A program made the translations under genes and the position numbers. A stretch of 64,000 nucleotides of DNA from Heteronotia binoei (lineage: Eukaryota). Every line of letters begins with the position of its first letter. The stretch's first letter is position 1. The stretch is taken from NCBI RefSeq assembly GCF_032191835.1, contig NC_083241.1:496001-560000 (forward strand), written 5' to 3'. Under the pieces are notes generated by a model. The model was not told the origin of the DNA. It saw only the letters and a program-made list of their open reading frames with translations, and made no database searches. Shown in pieces: positions 23,501 to 33,769 of this stretch.

Positions 23501-26500
23501 GATTTATATCCCACCCTCCACTCCGAAGAGTCTCAGAGCAGCTCACAATCTCCTTTACCTTCCTCCCCCATAACAGACACCCTGTGAGGTGGGTGGGGCT
23601 GGAGAGGGCTCTCCCAGCAGCTGCCCTTTCAAGGACAACCTCTGCCAGAGCTCTGGGTGACCCAAGGCCATTCCAGCAACTGCAAGTGGAGGAGTGGGGA
23701 ATCCAACTCGGTTCTCCCAGACAAGAGAGCTCTGGCTGACCCAAGGCCATGCTAGCAGTTCCAAGTGGAGGAGTGGGGAATCAAACCCAGTTCTCCCAGA
23801 TAAGAGTCTGCACACTTAACCACTACACCAAACTGGCTCTCCAAGGAGCAGAGAGGCCCAGATGTTGCATGCAAGGAAGGAGCAGAGGCCCAGATGTTGC
23901 GTGCAAGGAAGGAGCAGGGGCCCAGATGTTGTGTGCAAGGAAGGAGCAGAGCCCAGATGTTGTGTGCAAGGAAGGAGCAGGGGCCCAGATGTTGCATGCA
24001 AGGAAGGAGCAGGGGCCCAGATGTTGTGTGCAAGGAAGGAGCAGAGAGGCCCAGATGTTGCATGCAAGGAAGGAGCAGAGGCCCAGATGTTGCATGCAAG
24101 GAAGGAGCAGAGAGGCCCAGATGTTGCACGCAAGGAAGAAGATATTGGATTTATATCCCACCCTCCACTCCGAAGAGTCTCAGAGCAGCTCACAATCTCC
24201 TTTACCTTCCTCCCCCACAACAGGCACCCTGTGAGGTGGGTGGGCCTGGAGAGGGCTCTCACAGCAGCTGCCCTTTCAAGGACAACCTCTGCCAGAGCTC
24301 TGGGTGACCCAAGGCCATGCCAGCAGGTGCAAGTGAAGGAGTGGGGAATCCAACTCGGTTCTCCCAGACAAGAGAGCTATGGCTAACCCAAGGCCATTCC
24401 AGCAGTTCCAAGTGGAGGAGTGGGGAATCAAACCCAGTTCTCCCAGATAAGAGTCTGCACACTTAACCACTACACCAAACTGGCTCTCCAAGGAGCAGAG
24501 AGGCCCAGATGTTGCATGCAAGGAAGGAGCAGAGGCCCAGATGTTGCATGCAAGGAAGGAGCAGGAGCCCAAATGTTGCATGCAAGGAAGGAGCAGAGGC
24601 CCAGATGTTGCATGCAAGGAAGGAGCAGGGGCCCAAATGTTGCATGCAAGGAAGGAGCAGAGGCCCAGATGTTGCATGCAAGGAAGGAGCAGGGGCCCAG
24701 ATGTTGCATGCAAGGAAGGAGCAGAGGCCCAGATGTTGCATGCAAGGAAGGAGCAGGGGCCCAGATGTTGCATGCAAGGAAGGAGCAGGGGCCCAGATGT
24801 TGCATGCAAGGGAGGAGCAGAGAGAGGCCTGCCAGGGAGGCCTGCCTGGGGGTGGGAGGGCGGGCAGGTGCTTGGCTGGGCGAGAGGACAGAGGGGGCCC
24901 CATTCACCTCCAAGAGCCAGGGCTTAAGCTTCCTGTCCAAGAGGATATCGAAGCCGAGGATCTCGAAGCAGGCGCAGCCCGAGATGTGGTTGGGGAAGCA
25001 GGTGCGGTAGTTGTGCTTCAGCACCGGGTGGGCAGCAATCAGGGTCTTGATGATGATGTCTTCGATGTCATGCCACAACTCGGCCGTGTCGTAGCCGTGC
25101 TCCCGCATCCAGGCCTTCAGCGTGGACAGCTTCCTGTGTGTGTGTGTGGGGGGGAAGCAAATGGGGGTAGGTGTCAAAGCTGCCTGCTAGTGGAGCAGCC
25201 CCAGCTCAGACCTACCAAGCCCCATCCCCAATCTGTCTCTGTGGGCCTTGCTAGCATTGCAGCCTTGGGTGCCTTGCGTGATGGCGCCTGCCCCAGAGGG
25301 CCCTGAACGGGAGACGGAGGTGGCTACGATGGCTGTGCCCAGCCTCCTCTGGGGGGGGGGGGAGTAAATGCAGAGGCCCATGAGCCAAGCTAGGAGCCAG
25401 AACCCACATCTGCTGGAGCCTGGGCTCCATTTCCTTGCCCAGTGATGCCCTCCCACCCCGCTCCCCCAGAAGGAGCGCAGCAGCCAGGCGCTGATCGATC
25501 GCTTGCAAATGTCTCCTTTCTTCTCTGCAGTGCCTCGGCCAGTGGCAATACCTCTTACTGCCTGTGTTCTCATCCCGAACAAAGTTCTCATTGTGCTTGT
25601 TGATGGCGTAGTTGGTCAGGTGCATGCAGATGTCATCCTGAGGGACAGATGGCAGGAAGGGCTACTCCTCTCCCAGGACAGCAGCCTTTGCCCACCTCCC
25701 CATCCACCCCCTCTGGGGGGCCTGTTCTAGCCCTGCCCGGGGCGGCAGCTGCTTGGTGCTGTGGTGGGTGCATGGCCCAGCCAGCTCAGCCTCTTCCCAG
25801 GAAGGAGAGGGAGGCCCTGGAAGCCGAGAAGCCTGCGGATCCCGGGTGCTCTGCTCTGAACCACCCGTGGGTGGCACGTGGCACTCCCAGCCAGACAGCA
25901 CCGCCAGTTAGGTAACTGCCCTCCCAAACCTATGCCGCTCCTGGGGAACGCTCCTTCTTTACCAGGTTGCTGCTGCTGGGCTCGATGTACCTCATGGTGG
26001 CAAAGCGGGCCAGCCCCTCCTCATAAATAAAAATTTTCAGCGGGTCACAGGAAGTGACCAGAACGTAGATGCGCATGTCAAACTTGAAGCCGTCAATGAG
26101 GAAGGGCTGCAAGGAGACAAGCCGAGGAGGGACTGTGGGCGAGGGTGGGTGGGAGCTGCACCAGCTGAGCTAAGCGAGGAGGCAGGGGTCGCTTTGTAGG
26201 AAAAGGTGGTGCTCATCCAGGGATTGTTATGCAGCTGCCCCTACTATTCCATGGGCAAGGTGGGGAGGAGGAGAGGGGGAGCATCAGGAGCTGAATCTGA
26301 GGCCTGCTAGGAGGGCAGGGAAGGGGGCCCAGAGCCCACCTTGTTGATGTACTGCTGGCAGATCATGTGCTCGCCGTGCTTGATCTCCTTGGGGTTGCGT
26401 GTCATGAAGATGCCCCGCCCTTGGCAGCCGCTGTCTGGCTTGCAGATGTATGTCCTGTTCTTCCGCATTCGCCCATAGGCTTGGAAGTCCCCGTAGCTGC

Positions 26501-28754
26501 CCAGTGAGAAGCCAACCCAATCACAGGCATGTCTTTGCTGCCCAGGCAATCCCCCTCCCCGTTCCTGCGGGATTCCCTGGGGGGACACTCACTCTGCGGG
26601 CAAGCACCAGGTGCGAGGGAAGATACAGTACTCCTTGGGGAAGAGCTTGAGCATGCGGTTGAGGTTGCGGGCCAGGAGGTCTTTGCGGCAGATCTCGGCC
26701 ATGCCTGGGAAATGGTTGATCTTCTGAAAGAAAGTGAGAGCAGGAGAGCGACCACGTGGAGTGGGACTACCCACGGAGCGAACAAAAGGTTTGTGCCGAA
26801 AATACCTGGAGACTTTGGGGGTGGATCTGGGAGAGGGCGGGGTTTGTGGAGGGGAGGGGCTCTTCCAAGCAGCCATTTTTTCCAGGGGAGCTGATCTCTG
26901 CCAGCTGGAGATCGGTTGTAAAAGGGGGAGATCTCCAGGCCCCACCTGGAGGTTGGCAACCCTAGATGTCTGTAATGCATAGAGGAATAACTAAAAAAGG
27001 AGACTCTGTCAAGAAACTTATCAGCAAACTTAACATTCAATTAGAGTTGAGTTGGCATTTTTACACTGCGTCTTAAATGAACTGGGCAAATATGGCCTAC
27101 AGCTATAAATAGGTTGTTTGTATGCATTTGCATTTTGCATCCTGGGTCTGTTGAGTCAGTTTCCATTTCCCCCTTGCATCTGCATGGCTCTGATGGACTC
27201 TCCTCTCCTCTCCACCCAAGGAGGTCAGGTGGCCTCCCACTTTCCTGGATTTCTGCAAATCAGGAAAAACAATGACCCAAGAGGCCTTTTCTGCAAAGGT
27301 AAGAGGGTCACATGGTACTAAATGGTGCTCAGACTTCCTTGGATAAAGGATTAGGAATTGCAGCCTCTAACCTACTCCAAGTGGGATGGCACTGCCTAAT
27401 TTTTGCACTGCTTTACTGTCATGTCAATATGTTTCAGTGTTTCTTTTAGATTTCTGGGTGGTTCCAGACACCTGAAATCCTAAGGTGCTGTGTATTGAAT
27501 GTCCCACTGTGTTGACTGTATTGATTCTCTATGCATAATCTGCCTTGAGCCCCTGGGAAGAAGGCAGACAATGCATGTCTTAATGAATTTGTTAATATGT
27601 AGGATGCCAGTGTGGTTTCGTTTTGCAGACTCCAAGATGGAGGCCCCTCACTTCTGGCAAGAGCAACAGCGCAGACAGTCCAAGCAGGGGGTGGAGGGGG
27701 TGCCTCTAATGAGTGTGCAGATTTGCATCAGGGATTTCTAAGGGCGGGGGGCGGCAGCAAAAGGAACAGAGGTGCCCTGTCCTCTCCAGGCTCGCAGGCT
27801 AAGGGAGACGCAGCCGGCCTGCTCCTTCTCTGAAGTACCTGGAACCTCTTCATGTCCATGACACGCTCCAGTGAGACGGAGCAGTCAGTCCAGTACACTG
27901 TCCACTCCTCATCTTCGCCTACTTCTTTGAGGCCGCAACGCCGAGCTGCACGCCGCACTGCAGCAAAAGCAGGAGGGGAAGGAGTGCAGAAGGGTTGGGA
28001 CTCGTGGTCACAGAGAGGGCTACAGAACTGGAGCCAACACAACAGGGCGGCAAGAAACGTTGCTAGCGGGGCCCAAAAAGCCGCTCCTCTAGGGTATGAA
28101 CCCCAGGCCTCCTAGTCCTGGTTGCCCAGTGGTGGCTCCCCAGTCTGTCCCTGCACAAGGCTGCCTGGCTAGAGGGGAAAGTGCCAAACTGCAGCTCTTA
28201 ACTTACCACTTTCATACTTGCAGCAAGACAAGTTGATGGACAGGATCCTGGAATCCAGAAAGCAAGGGTTCAGTGCAGCAAAGGAACAGCAGACTTCAAG
28301 GCTACCCACCCCCCCTCTCCAAAGGCACAGGAAGGAGGGCTGCATCCCCAGCCCTCCTCCAAACCTGAAGAGAAGGGAGACTGCAGCCTGCATGCTGGGG
28401 CGCCTGCGTGAGAATCTGGGGCACAGGGGATGGGGAGACTCGCCTGCACTTTTTCTTTTTCTTCCTTCTTGCGTGTTCCACATCCCACTCCTCGGGCACC
28501 TCCTCCTCCAGGTCTATCAGGGACACCCCTGGCTGGTCATTCATGCCGTCTGCCTTGCTTTTGTGCCCTGGAGTGAGGTCTGGTGGCTTGCTGGCGGAAG
28601 CTTTCTCCTCCTCCTCCACCTCCTCCTTCAGACATGCCTTGGCAAAGTCATCCGAGAGGCCCCCGGCCGCTGCCTCCTCCTCTTCCTCCTCTTCATCTTC
28701 ATCCTCGTCTGTTTCGTTCTCAGACTCACTGCTTTCTTCTGCGCTGATCTTCAT
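18173..28754 (-). CDS. TTLL13: Tubulin polyglutamylase TTLL13 (TTLL6/7/11/13 group), about 850 aa
   Basis: Coding exons: 28754-28444, 28247-28207, 27957-27839, 26723-26593, 26496-26340, 26106-25963, 25637-25552, 25133-24908, 22333-22149, 21908-21720, 21612-21429, 21037-20837, 19188-18864, 18593-18353, 18185-18173 (2553 nt, open). TTL motifs [41 protein letters not shown] and [24 protein letters not shown]. Minus-strand ATTAAA at about 17888-17893. TTLL13 rather than TTLL6 is assigned by position between GDPGP1 and NGRN. The last three exons are less certain. A probable non-coding first exon has its donor at 29504. Confidence 0.88.
19722..20828 (+). mobile_element. 5'-truncated CR1 LINE (RT C-terminus plus 3'UTR), antisense within TTLL13
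   Basis: ORF 19695-20498 carries CR1 motifs ([34 protein letters not shown]-like, [33 protein letters not shown]). The 3'UTR matches the copy at 40200-40453. Confidence 0.92.
20524..20608. repeat. Compound (TG)n(TA)n(CA)n microsatellite in the CR1 3'UTR
   Basis: Read directly from the sequence. Confidence 0.95.
23489..23842 (-). mobile_element. tRNA/MIR(CORE)-type SINE (Squam3-like) with two internal 79-bp units
   Basis: The minus strand reads GGAGAGCCAGTTTGGTGTAGTGGTTAAGTGTGCAGACTCTTATCTGGGAGAAC...CTCACAGGGTG...CCAATATCTTCTTC. The family name is from recall. Confidence 0.88.
24136..24489 (-). mobile_element. Second copy of the same Squam3-like SINE, offset by 647 bp
   Basis: Same length, same two-unit structure and same flanking minisatellite variants as 23489-23842. 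Confidence 0.88.
26795..26964. mobile_element. Partial hAT MITE, one TIR (TTGGCAACCCTA)
   Basis: Shares its terminus and internal motifs with the family at 10941-11453. The other end is not recognisable. Confidence 0.6.
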
Positions 28755-28880
28755 CCTCTCAGGCGCTCTGGCAGACGGGGGAGCAAAGGGCAGACGGGGG
28801 AAGACTCAGAGAGGGGCCCAGCCAGCCTTGCAGAACCCCTCCGTCCTCTTCCTCCCCCTCTCGGCCAAGAAGGTTGGGGG

Positions 28881-29065
28881 CAATGTGCCCTCTAAGCTGC
28901 AGAGTCTTGGGAGCAAAAAGTCTGCTTTGTGAGCTACTGCCATTAAAGTTGTGAGCTGCTGCAGAAATTAGCATGCTCCGGGGTCATCCTTCCTGAGCTA
29001 AGGCAAGAATGTGTGAGCTGGAGGCTAAAAGTCTGTGAGGGGGCTCACGCTAACTCAGCTTAGAG
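28881..29065. mobile_element. MITE, same family as 17026-17203, opposite orientation
   Basis: CAATGTGCCCTCTAAGCTG ... CAGCTTAGAG. The body is the reverse complement of the 17 kb copy. Confidence 0.7.
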
Positions 29066-29250
29066 CAGGGGTGGCCAAGGTGGCTCTTTCACACATATTG
29101 CGTGGCTCTCCCATCAGCCAGCCTGGAGAAGGCATTTCTCTCTTTAAATCACTTTTCCAATCTAAGCCAGCAGCAGCTTGGAGAATGTACTAAATACAAG
29201 TTGCTTTCTTCCCACCTCTCCCTCCCTGCCTGCCTGTCTCGTGGCTCTCA
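29065..29250. mobile_element. Partial hAT (Charlie-like) MITE
   Basis: Starts CAGGGGTGGCCAA and shares internal sequence with 52823-53133. Confidence 0.6.
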
Positions 29251-29562
29251 AGCATTCCGCGAGGCTCCTCTGTGAAGCACTGGCTCGGCCCAGGGCAGGG
29301 CAGCTGGATGCTTGCGGGGGTGCCAACTCCAGGTGGAGATTCGGGGGTGGGGCTCGATTCCGGGAGGTCTCCCGGTCCCGCCGGGAGGGAGGGGCTGTGT
29401 GGAGGGGGTCCCCCGGCCTGCCCGGAGCAGCGCCCCGCCCCCTCGGCGCAGAGAGGCCGGCCGCCCCTTGGCCCCACCCGCCGGCCCCGGCTCCGCCCCC
29501 TCACCGGCCCCGCGCGGCTTCTCTGAGGGGGCGGCGGCGCCTGGGCCTCGGGCCCGGACGCT

Positions 29563-29576
29563 GTCGCCATGGTGAC
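29563..29576. promoter_or_regulatory. RFX X-box in the TTLL13 promoter
   Basis: GTCGCCATGGTGAC matches the palindromic X-box GTYRCCATGGYRAC. Nearby are a CCAAT box (ATTGG at about 29645) and an E-box CACGTGAC (about 29720-29727). Confidence 0.7.
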
Positions 29577-29951
29577 GCCCGGCCCCGCCCCTTCGCGAGA
29601 CAATGCGGCGCCTCCTCTGTGACGAAGGCGCTCTCGCGCTCCTCATTGGCTCGCCCTCCGCGCGCAGGCCCCTCCCCTGCACGGAAGCCGGACGTCCGGC
29701 GGGGGGGGCGGGCTTTCCGCCACGTGACGTGGAGGTTCCGCTCTCGGCTGCCCAGAAGGGCCTCGGAGGAGGCGTGGGCGCCCCGCTGCAAAGCCGACCC
29801 TTCCTGCGCCCCGCTCGGGGACATGGACGGGTCGAGCTGCTGCGTCCCGTGCGCCTCGACGGCCTGGCGCTTCCCCCTGCAGCCCCCGGGACACGGATGG
29901 GCCCATGCACTCGAATGTCCAACACACGCGGGGCGGGCGGGCGGGCTGGGG

Positions 29952-31076
29952 TCAGTCGTCTTGGGCGCCGTCGCAGGGCGGGGGGAGGAGGTCGGCCAGC
30001 TCCTGCTGCAGGCGGGCCCAGCGGGGCGGGGGCAGGAGGCAGCGGCGGATGAGGCGGAGGGCCGCGGCCTCGGAGAGGGCGTGGAAGTCTTGGGCCGTCT
30101 TGACGGGCAGGTGGCCGGCCAGTTCGCAGAGGGCCACGTTGAAGGCGGCCTCCTGCTTGGCGCCGAAGGAAGCCTGGCGGGGCCACAGGAGGACGCGGAG
30201 GCCCGGCCGAGCGCCCGGCGGCCCCCCCTCGGGCGCGGCGCCCCGCGTGGCGAAGAGGTTGTGGGCCACGTCGCCGCGGGCCAGGTGGTCGGTGAGGCGG
30301 CAGACGCGGCGCGCCAGGGGGCCCGGGGGCCGGCCGGCGGGGCTGTAGAAGAGGAGGCCGGGGGCCGGGACGCCGCGCTCCAGCACGTAGAGGCCGGCCT
30401 CGGGGCGCAGGGGCCGGGCGGGCGCCTCCTCGACGGGCAGCTGCCAGGGCAGGTAGTAGGCGTGCAGGTGGAGGTGGTTGACGGAGGCAAAGGCGCCCAG
30501 GCTGTTGAAGCCCACGCGGAAGCCCGGCTGGCCGCTCAGCAGCAGCGCCTCCAGGCCGGCGCGCAAGGCCTCGGCGCTCAGCACCTGCGGCAGCCCCAGC
30601 GACGGCTCCGGCAGCAGCAGCACGTGGCCGAACTCCAGCGGGCTCACGTTGATGGCCACCAGCACCCGCGACGACGAGGCCGCCGCCACCCGCTGCAGGG
30701 CGAAGAGCACCTCGCCCGGCCGGATGTGCGTGAAGTTGAACTGCGCCGGGTCGAAGCTCTGCCGGACGCTGCGCACCTCCTGCGGCCGCCGCCGCTCCGA
30801 GCCCCGCGGCACGTTCAGCTGCGCCACCAGCCCCAGCGGCCCGGGCAGGCGCCGCGTCTGCAGCTCCCCCAGCCGGTAGCGGAAGAGGCCCCGCGCCAGC
30901 CGCTCCTCCCAGCCCCGCTGCAGCGCTCGGTCGAAGGGCGACGCCTGGCCCGCCGCCGCCCACACCAAGTCCTCCGCCGGCCGGTAGGCGAAGACCGCCG
31001 CCGCCTCCTGCTCCTCTTGCAGCGGCCGGGGGGCCCCTTCGGCCGGGCCTGCTCCTGCTGCCGCCTCCGCCTCCAT
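29952..31076 (-). CDS. GDPGP1: GDP-D-glucose phosphorylase 1, single coding exon, 374 aa
   Basis: Starts [11 protein letters not shown]... and contains [63 protein letters not shown] (HIT-like HLHLH motif) and [15 protein letters not shown]. The longer frame in the ORF track starts at a GTG. Confidence 0.95.
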   Translation of the reverse strand: MEAEAAAGAGPAEGAPRPLQEEQEAAAVFAYRPAEDLVWAAAGQASPFDRALQRGWEERLARGLFRYRLGELQTRRLPGPLGLVAQLNVPRGSERRRPQEVRSVRQSFDPAQFNFTHIRPGEVLFALQRVAAASSSRVLVAINVSPLEFGHVLLLPEPSLGLPQVLSAEALRAGLEALLLSGQPGFRVGFNSLGAFASVNHLHLHAYYLPWQLPVEEAPARPLRPEAGLYVLERGVPAPGLLFYSPAGRPPGPLARRVCRLTDHLARGDVAHNLFATRGAAPEGGPPGARPGLRVLLWPRQASFGAKQEAAFNVALCELAGHLPVKTAQDFHALSEAAALRLIRRCLLPPPRWARLQQELADLLPPPCDGAQDD

Positions 31077-31331
31077 CAGGCCGCCCGAGAGCCCCTCGAG
31101 GGAAGGAGGAGGCCGCGCTCGCCACCCAAGTCCCGCCCCGAGGGAGGAAGAGGCGGCAACGGGACCTCCGCGGCCTGGCGCCGGCGCTGCCCGGGCTGAA
31201 GCCGGAGGGAGGGCGGGCGGGCAAGGCGGTCCCGCCTCCCTGGAGGGCCGGGCACTTGGCGGCGGCGGGGAGGTGGCGCAGGCAGTCGAGGGGGCGGAGG
31301 AGGAAGCAGACCCGACGGGGGTTCCGCCGCC

Positions 31332-33209
31332 ATGGGGGGCTCGGGAAGCCGCCTGCCGCGGGATTTGCTCAGCGAGTACCAGGTACGGGGGTGCGGTGGA
31401 GTGGAGGGGGCTCCCGGGAGGCGGACTGAAGCCCCCCCCCCATCGCTCCCTCACTCACACTCTCCCCCCCCCCCCCCAGGAGCTGACTTTCCTGAGCAAG
31501 CAGGAGATCTTGCTGTGAGTAGCGCCCCGCGGGGAGCGGGAGGCGGGGGGGGGGGCTGGAGCTCTGCTCTGCTCGGGCCGGGCGTGGAGGGCCTCTCTGC
31601 GCCCCCCCGCCCAGGCAAGCAGGCGTCTCTGGTTCTTTTGCAGGGCTCACCGGCGCTTCTGCGAGCTGCTGCCCAAGGAGGGGCGGGACCGCGCCTTCCT
31701 CACCCGGCTCCCCCCCAGCAAGATGCTGACGCTGCCCGAGTTGCGGGTAGGGCGGGGTCCGGGCGGGTGGGGAGGCCCCTCTCGGAGGGGGGGATGCCCT
31801 CCAGGTTGCTTTGGGCCTTGGGGGAGGGGGGTGCAGAACCCCAGGGGCAGAAGGGCCACTTGCGCCCATGGAGCTGCCAGGACTGGGGCTCTCCCCCGTC
31901 ACCACCACCACCACCGCGGGGGCTCAGGGGAAGGAGGGGCGCACCCCTAGCAGAGAACAAACACCTTTCCCTTCATTTCTGGGGGGACAGAAACACCTCC
32001 ATTGTCATCGGTATTACCTCTAGGAGGAAAAACAGTCCACTCCCCACCCCCTCCGCAGCTTTAGTGAGGCTGCCCCCTTGGGCTGGGGGGGGGAGGGTGG
32101 CAGCCTTGAGCCCAAGGGCCGCTCACTGGCTCCTCTTGTGTTGGCAGGCAAACCCCTTCTGCCACCGGATCTGCCAGGTCTTCTCCACGGCCGCTGATGG
32201 GGAAGGCGGCCTGTCCTTTGAGGACTTCCTGGACATGCTGAGTGTCTTCAGTGATGCCGCCACCCCAGAGATCAAGTCCCACTACGCCTTCCGCATCTTT
32301 GGTGAGGAGGCCCCCAGGTGCCAGGGCGGACAGACAAGCACACATCCAGGGGCTCCGTCTCTCTCCAAAGGACCAGAAAGCCACCTCACCCCCGGCCAGA
32401 GGGCAGACTGCCTCCCAGGGCTGTTGTGAGGCTGAAGTAGCTTAAGCTTCTTTCAGGAAAAGCCAAAGCAAAGTGGCGTCACTTTGGTGGGGCGGGGCCT
32501 TTCCAGCATAGCAGAAACCCCCCCATCATCTGTAGATGCCACTGAAGGAGCTGCCGCGTGGATCTAGCCCCGCTTGCATCGGCAGCTCGGTTGCTACTCC
32601 GTCCCTCGCCTGTTGCCTGCTGCGGTGTGTCCCAGGAAGGGGACAGGCCTCTGGACTCTGCCCCTTCCCACCTGAGCAGGCGGGTTGCCTAGGCCCTGAG
32701 CAGAGTCCGGCCTCCAGCTGGGAGTCCTTCAGGTGCAGCAGCCTTTCCCACACAAGCAAACTCTCTCCTCCTTTTCCTTCCTTGAGATTTCGATGATGAT
32801 GGAACTCTGGACAAGAGAGACCTGGAGAATCTGGTGAAATGCCTGACTGGAGAAGGAGAGGAGAGCCGGCTGAGCCCCACGGAGATGGGCCAGCTCCTCC
32901 AGAACGTAAGGGCTCGGGTGGGGGGGGGTGTTGGTTCTGGCCTGGCGGGGGTGGGGGCTCCCACTGCTCTGACCCGTGGCTCTCTCCGTGGCTGCCTCAT
33001 TTCCTGCAGATCCTAGAAGAATCTGATATCGACAAGGATGGGACCATCAACCTCTCTGAGTTCCAGCACATCATCTCGCGCTCGCCCGACTTCCCAAGGT
33101 AGCTCCTGCTGTTCTGCTCCTGGGGCTGGGGCTGAGGGCCCCCAGCCCGCCCGAGCCTGAGCAGCTCTCGCCTCCCTTCTCTTTCAGCTCCTTCAGAATT
33201 GTGCTGTGA
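31332..33209 (+). CDS. CIB1: Calcium and integrin-binding protein 1, 190 aa
   Basis: Exons 31332-31382, 31480-31514, 31644-31746, 32148-32301, 32787-32905, 33010-33098, 33188-33209 (573 nt). N-myristoylation start MGGSGS, EF-hand loops [12 protein letters not shown] and [13 protein letters not shown]-terminus SSFRIVL. AATAAA at about 33636-33641. Confidence 0.97.
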
Positions 33210-33769
33210 GCTCCTCCTGTGGCTCTGGATGGCCCCTCCTCCTCTGAGCCAAGTGGCCCTTGAAAACTGCTCTGTCTGGGTGGCAGGCCGGCAGGACACA
33301 TCTTTCCCCCTCCCCCGGGGCCTGTGAGCCAGTGTCCCTCCCCCAGGAGAGTCGCTGTTGGAGGATCCCGCTCCTCTCAGGGCTTTGGCCACGCTGTGCC
33401 TTGGCCTCCCCTGTCCTCTCTGGTCCTGCCTGCTCTTCCTTCCACAGGGGGAGGATCCCGCACAAGCAGAGTCCGCCCTGCCCCTTCCCATAGCTGGAGT
33501 GGGAGGGGGGGAATTCTGGCCACCCTTTGTTGGATGGGGGAGGGGGGCGCTTTTTGTAGAAGGAGAAACACTGGTGCCTCTGAAACTTGTCTTACAACCT
33601 CAGTCATGGCCCTGGCTGGTCTCTGCCTGGAGTACTAATAAAGCTCAGGAGCGAAACCTGTTGAGTCAAAAGCCATTTAATTGTGTCTCCAGCTTCCCCA
33701 CCCCCCTCCCTTTGCAGCCAGTCCAGCAGCTACAGTGAACTGCAGGGAGCCTGCCTTGACTTGTCTGAT

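Larger units (their letters stand above)
22646..24830. repeat. 32-34 bp minisatellite array (consensus AAGGAAGGAGCAGAGGCCCAGATGTTGCATGC), about 44 units, interrupted by two SINEs, in a TTLL13 intron (22334-24907)
   Basis: Units are visible at 22646-23488 (diverged), 23843-24135 and 24490-24830 (homogeneous). The unit count is approximate. Confidence 0.95.
29250..31900. promoter_or_regulatory. Large CpG island: TTLL13 promoter, whole GDPGP1 CDS, and the GDPGP1/CIB1 bidirectional promoter
   Basis: About 2.6 kb of very high GC and CpG content. GC box GGGGCGGAG at about 31291-31299, between the two divergent ATGs. Confidence 0.75.

Noticed and set aside
22352-25306. Long Cys/His-rich repetitive ORFs (ACNIWAS..., MLHARKEQ...) suggesting a zinc-finger or keratin-like protein
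   Set aside because: They are frame translations of the intronic 32-bp minisatellite, open on both strands because the unit lacks stop codons.
29178-31224. 673-aa (+) and 658-aa (-) ORFs overlapping GDPGP1
   Set aside because: They are low-complexity Arg/Pro/Gly/Ala shadow frames expected in a very GC-rich CDS; the + ORF starts inside a MITE.
31077-31454. N-terminal extension of GDPGP1 to 500 aa
   Set aside because: It starts at a GTG in CIB1 intron 1, has no ATG, and is low-complexity.
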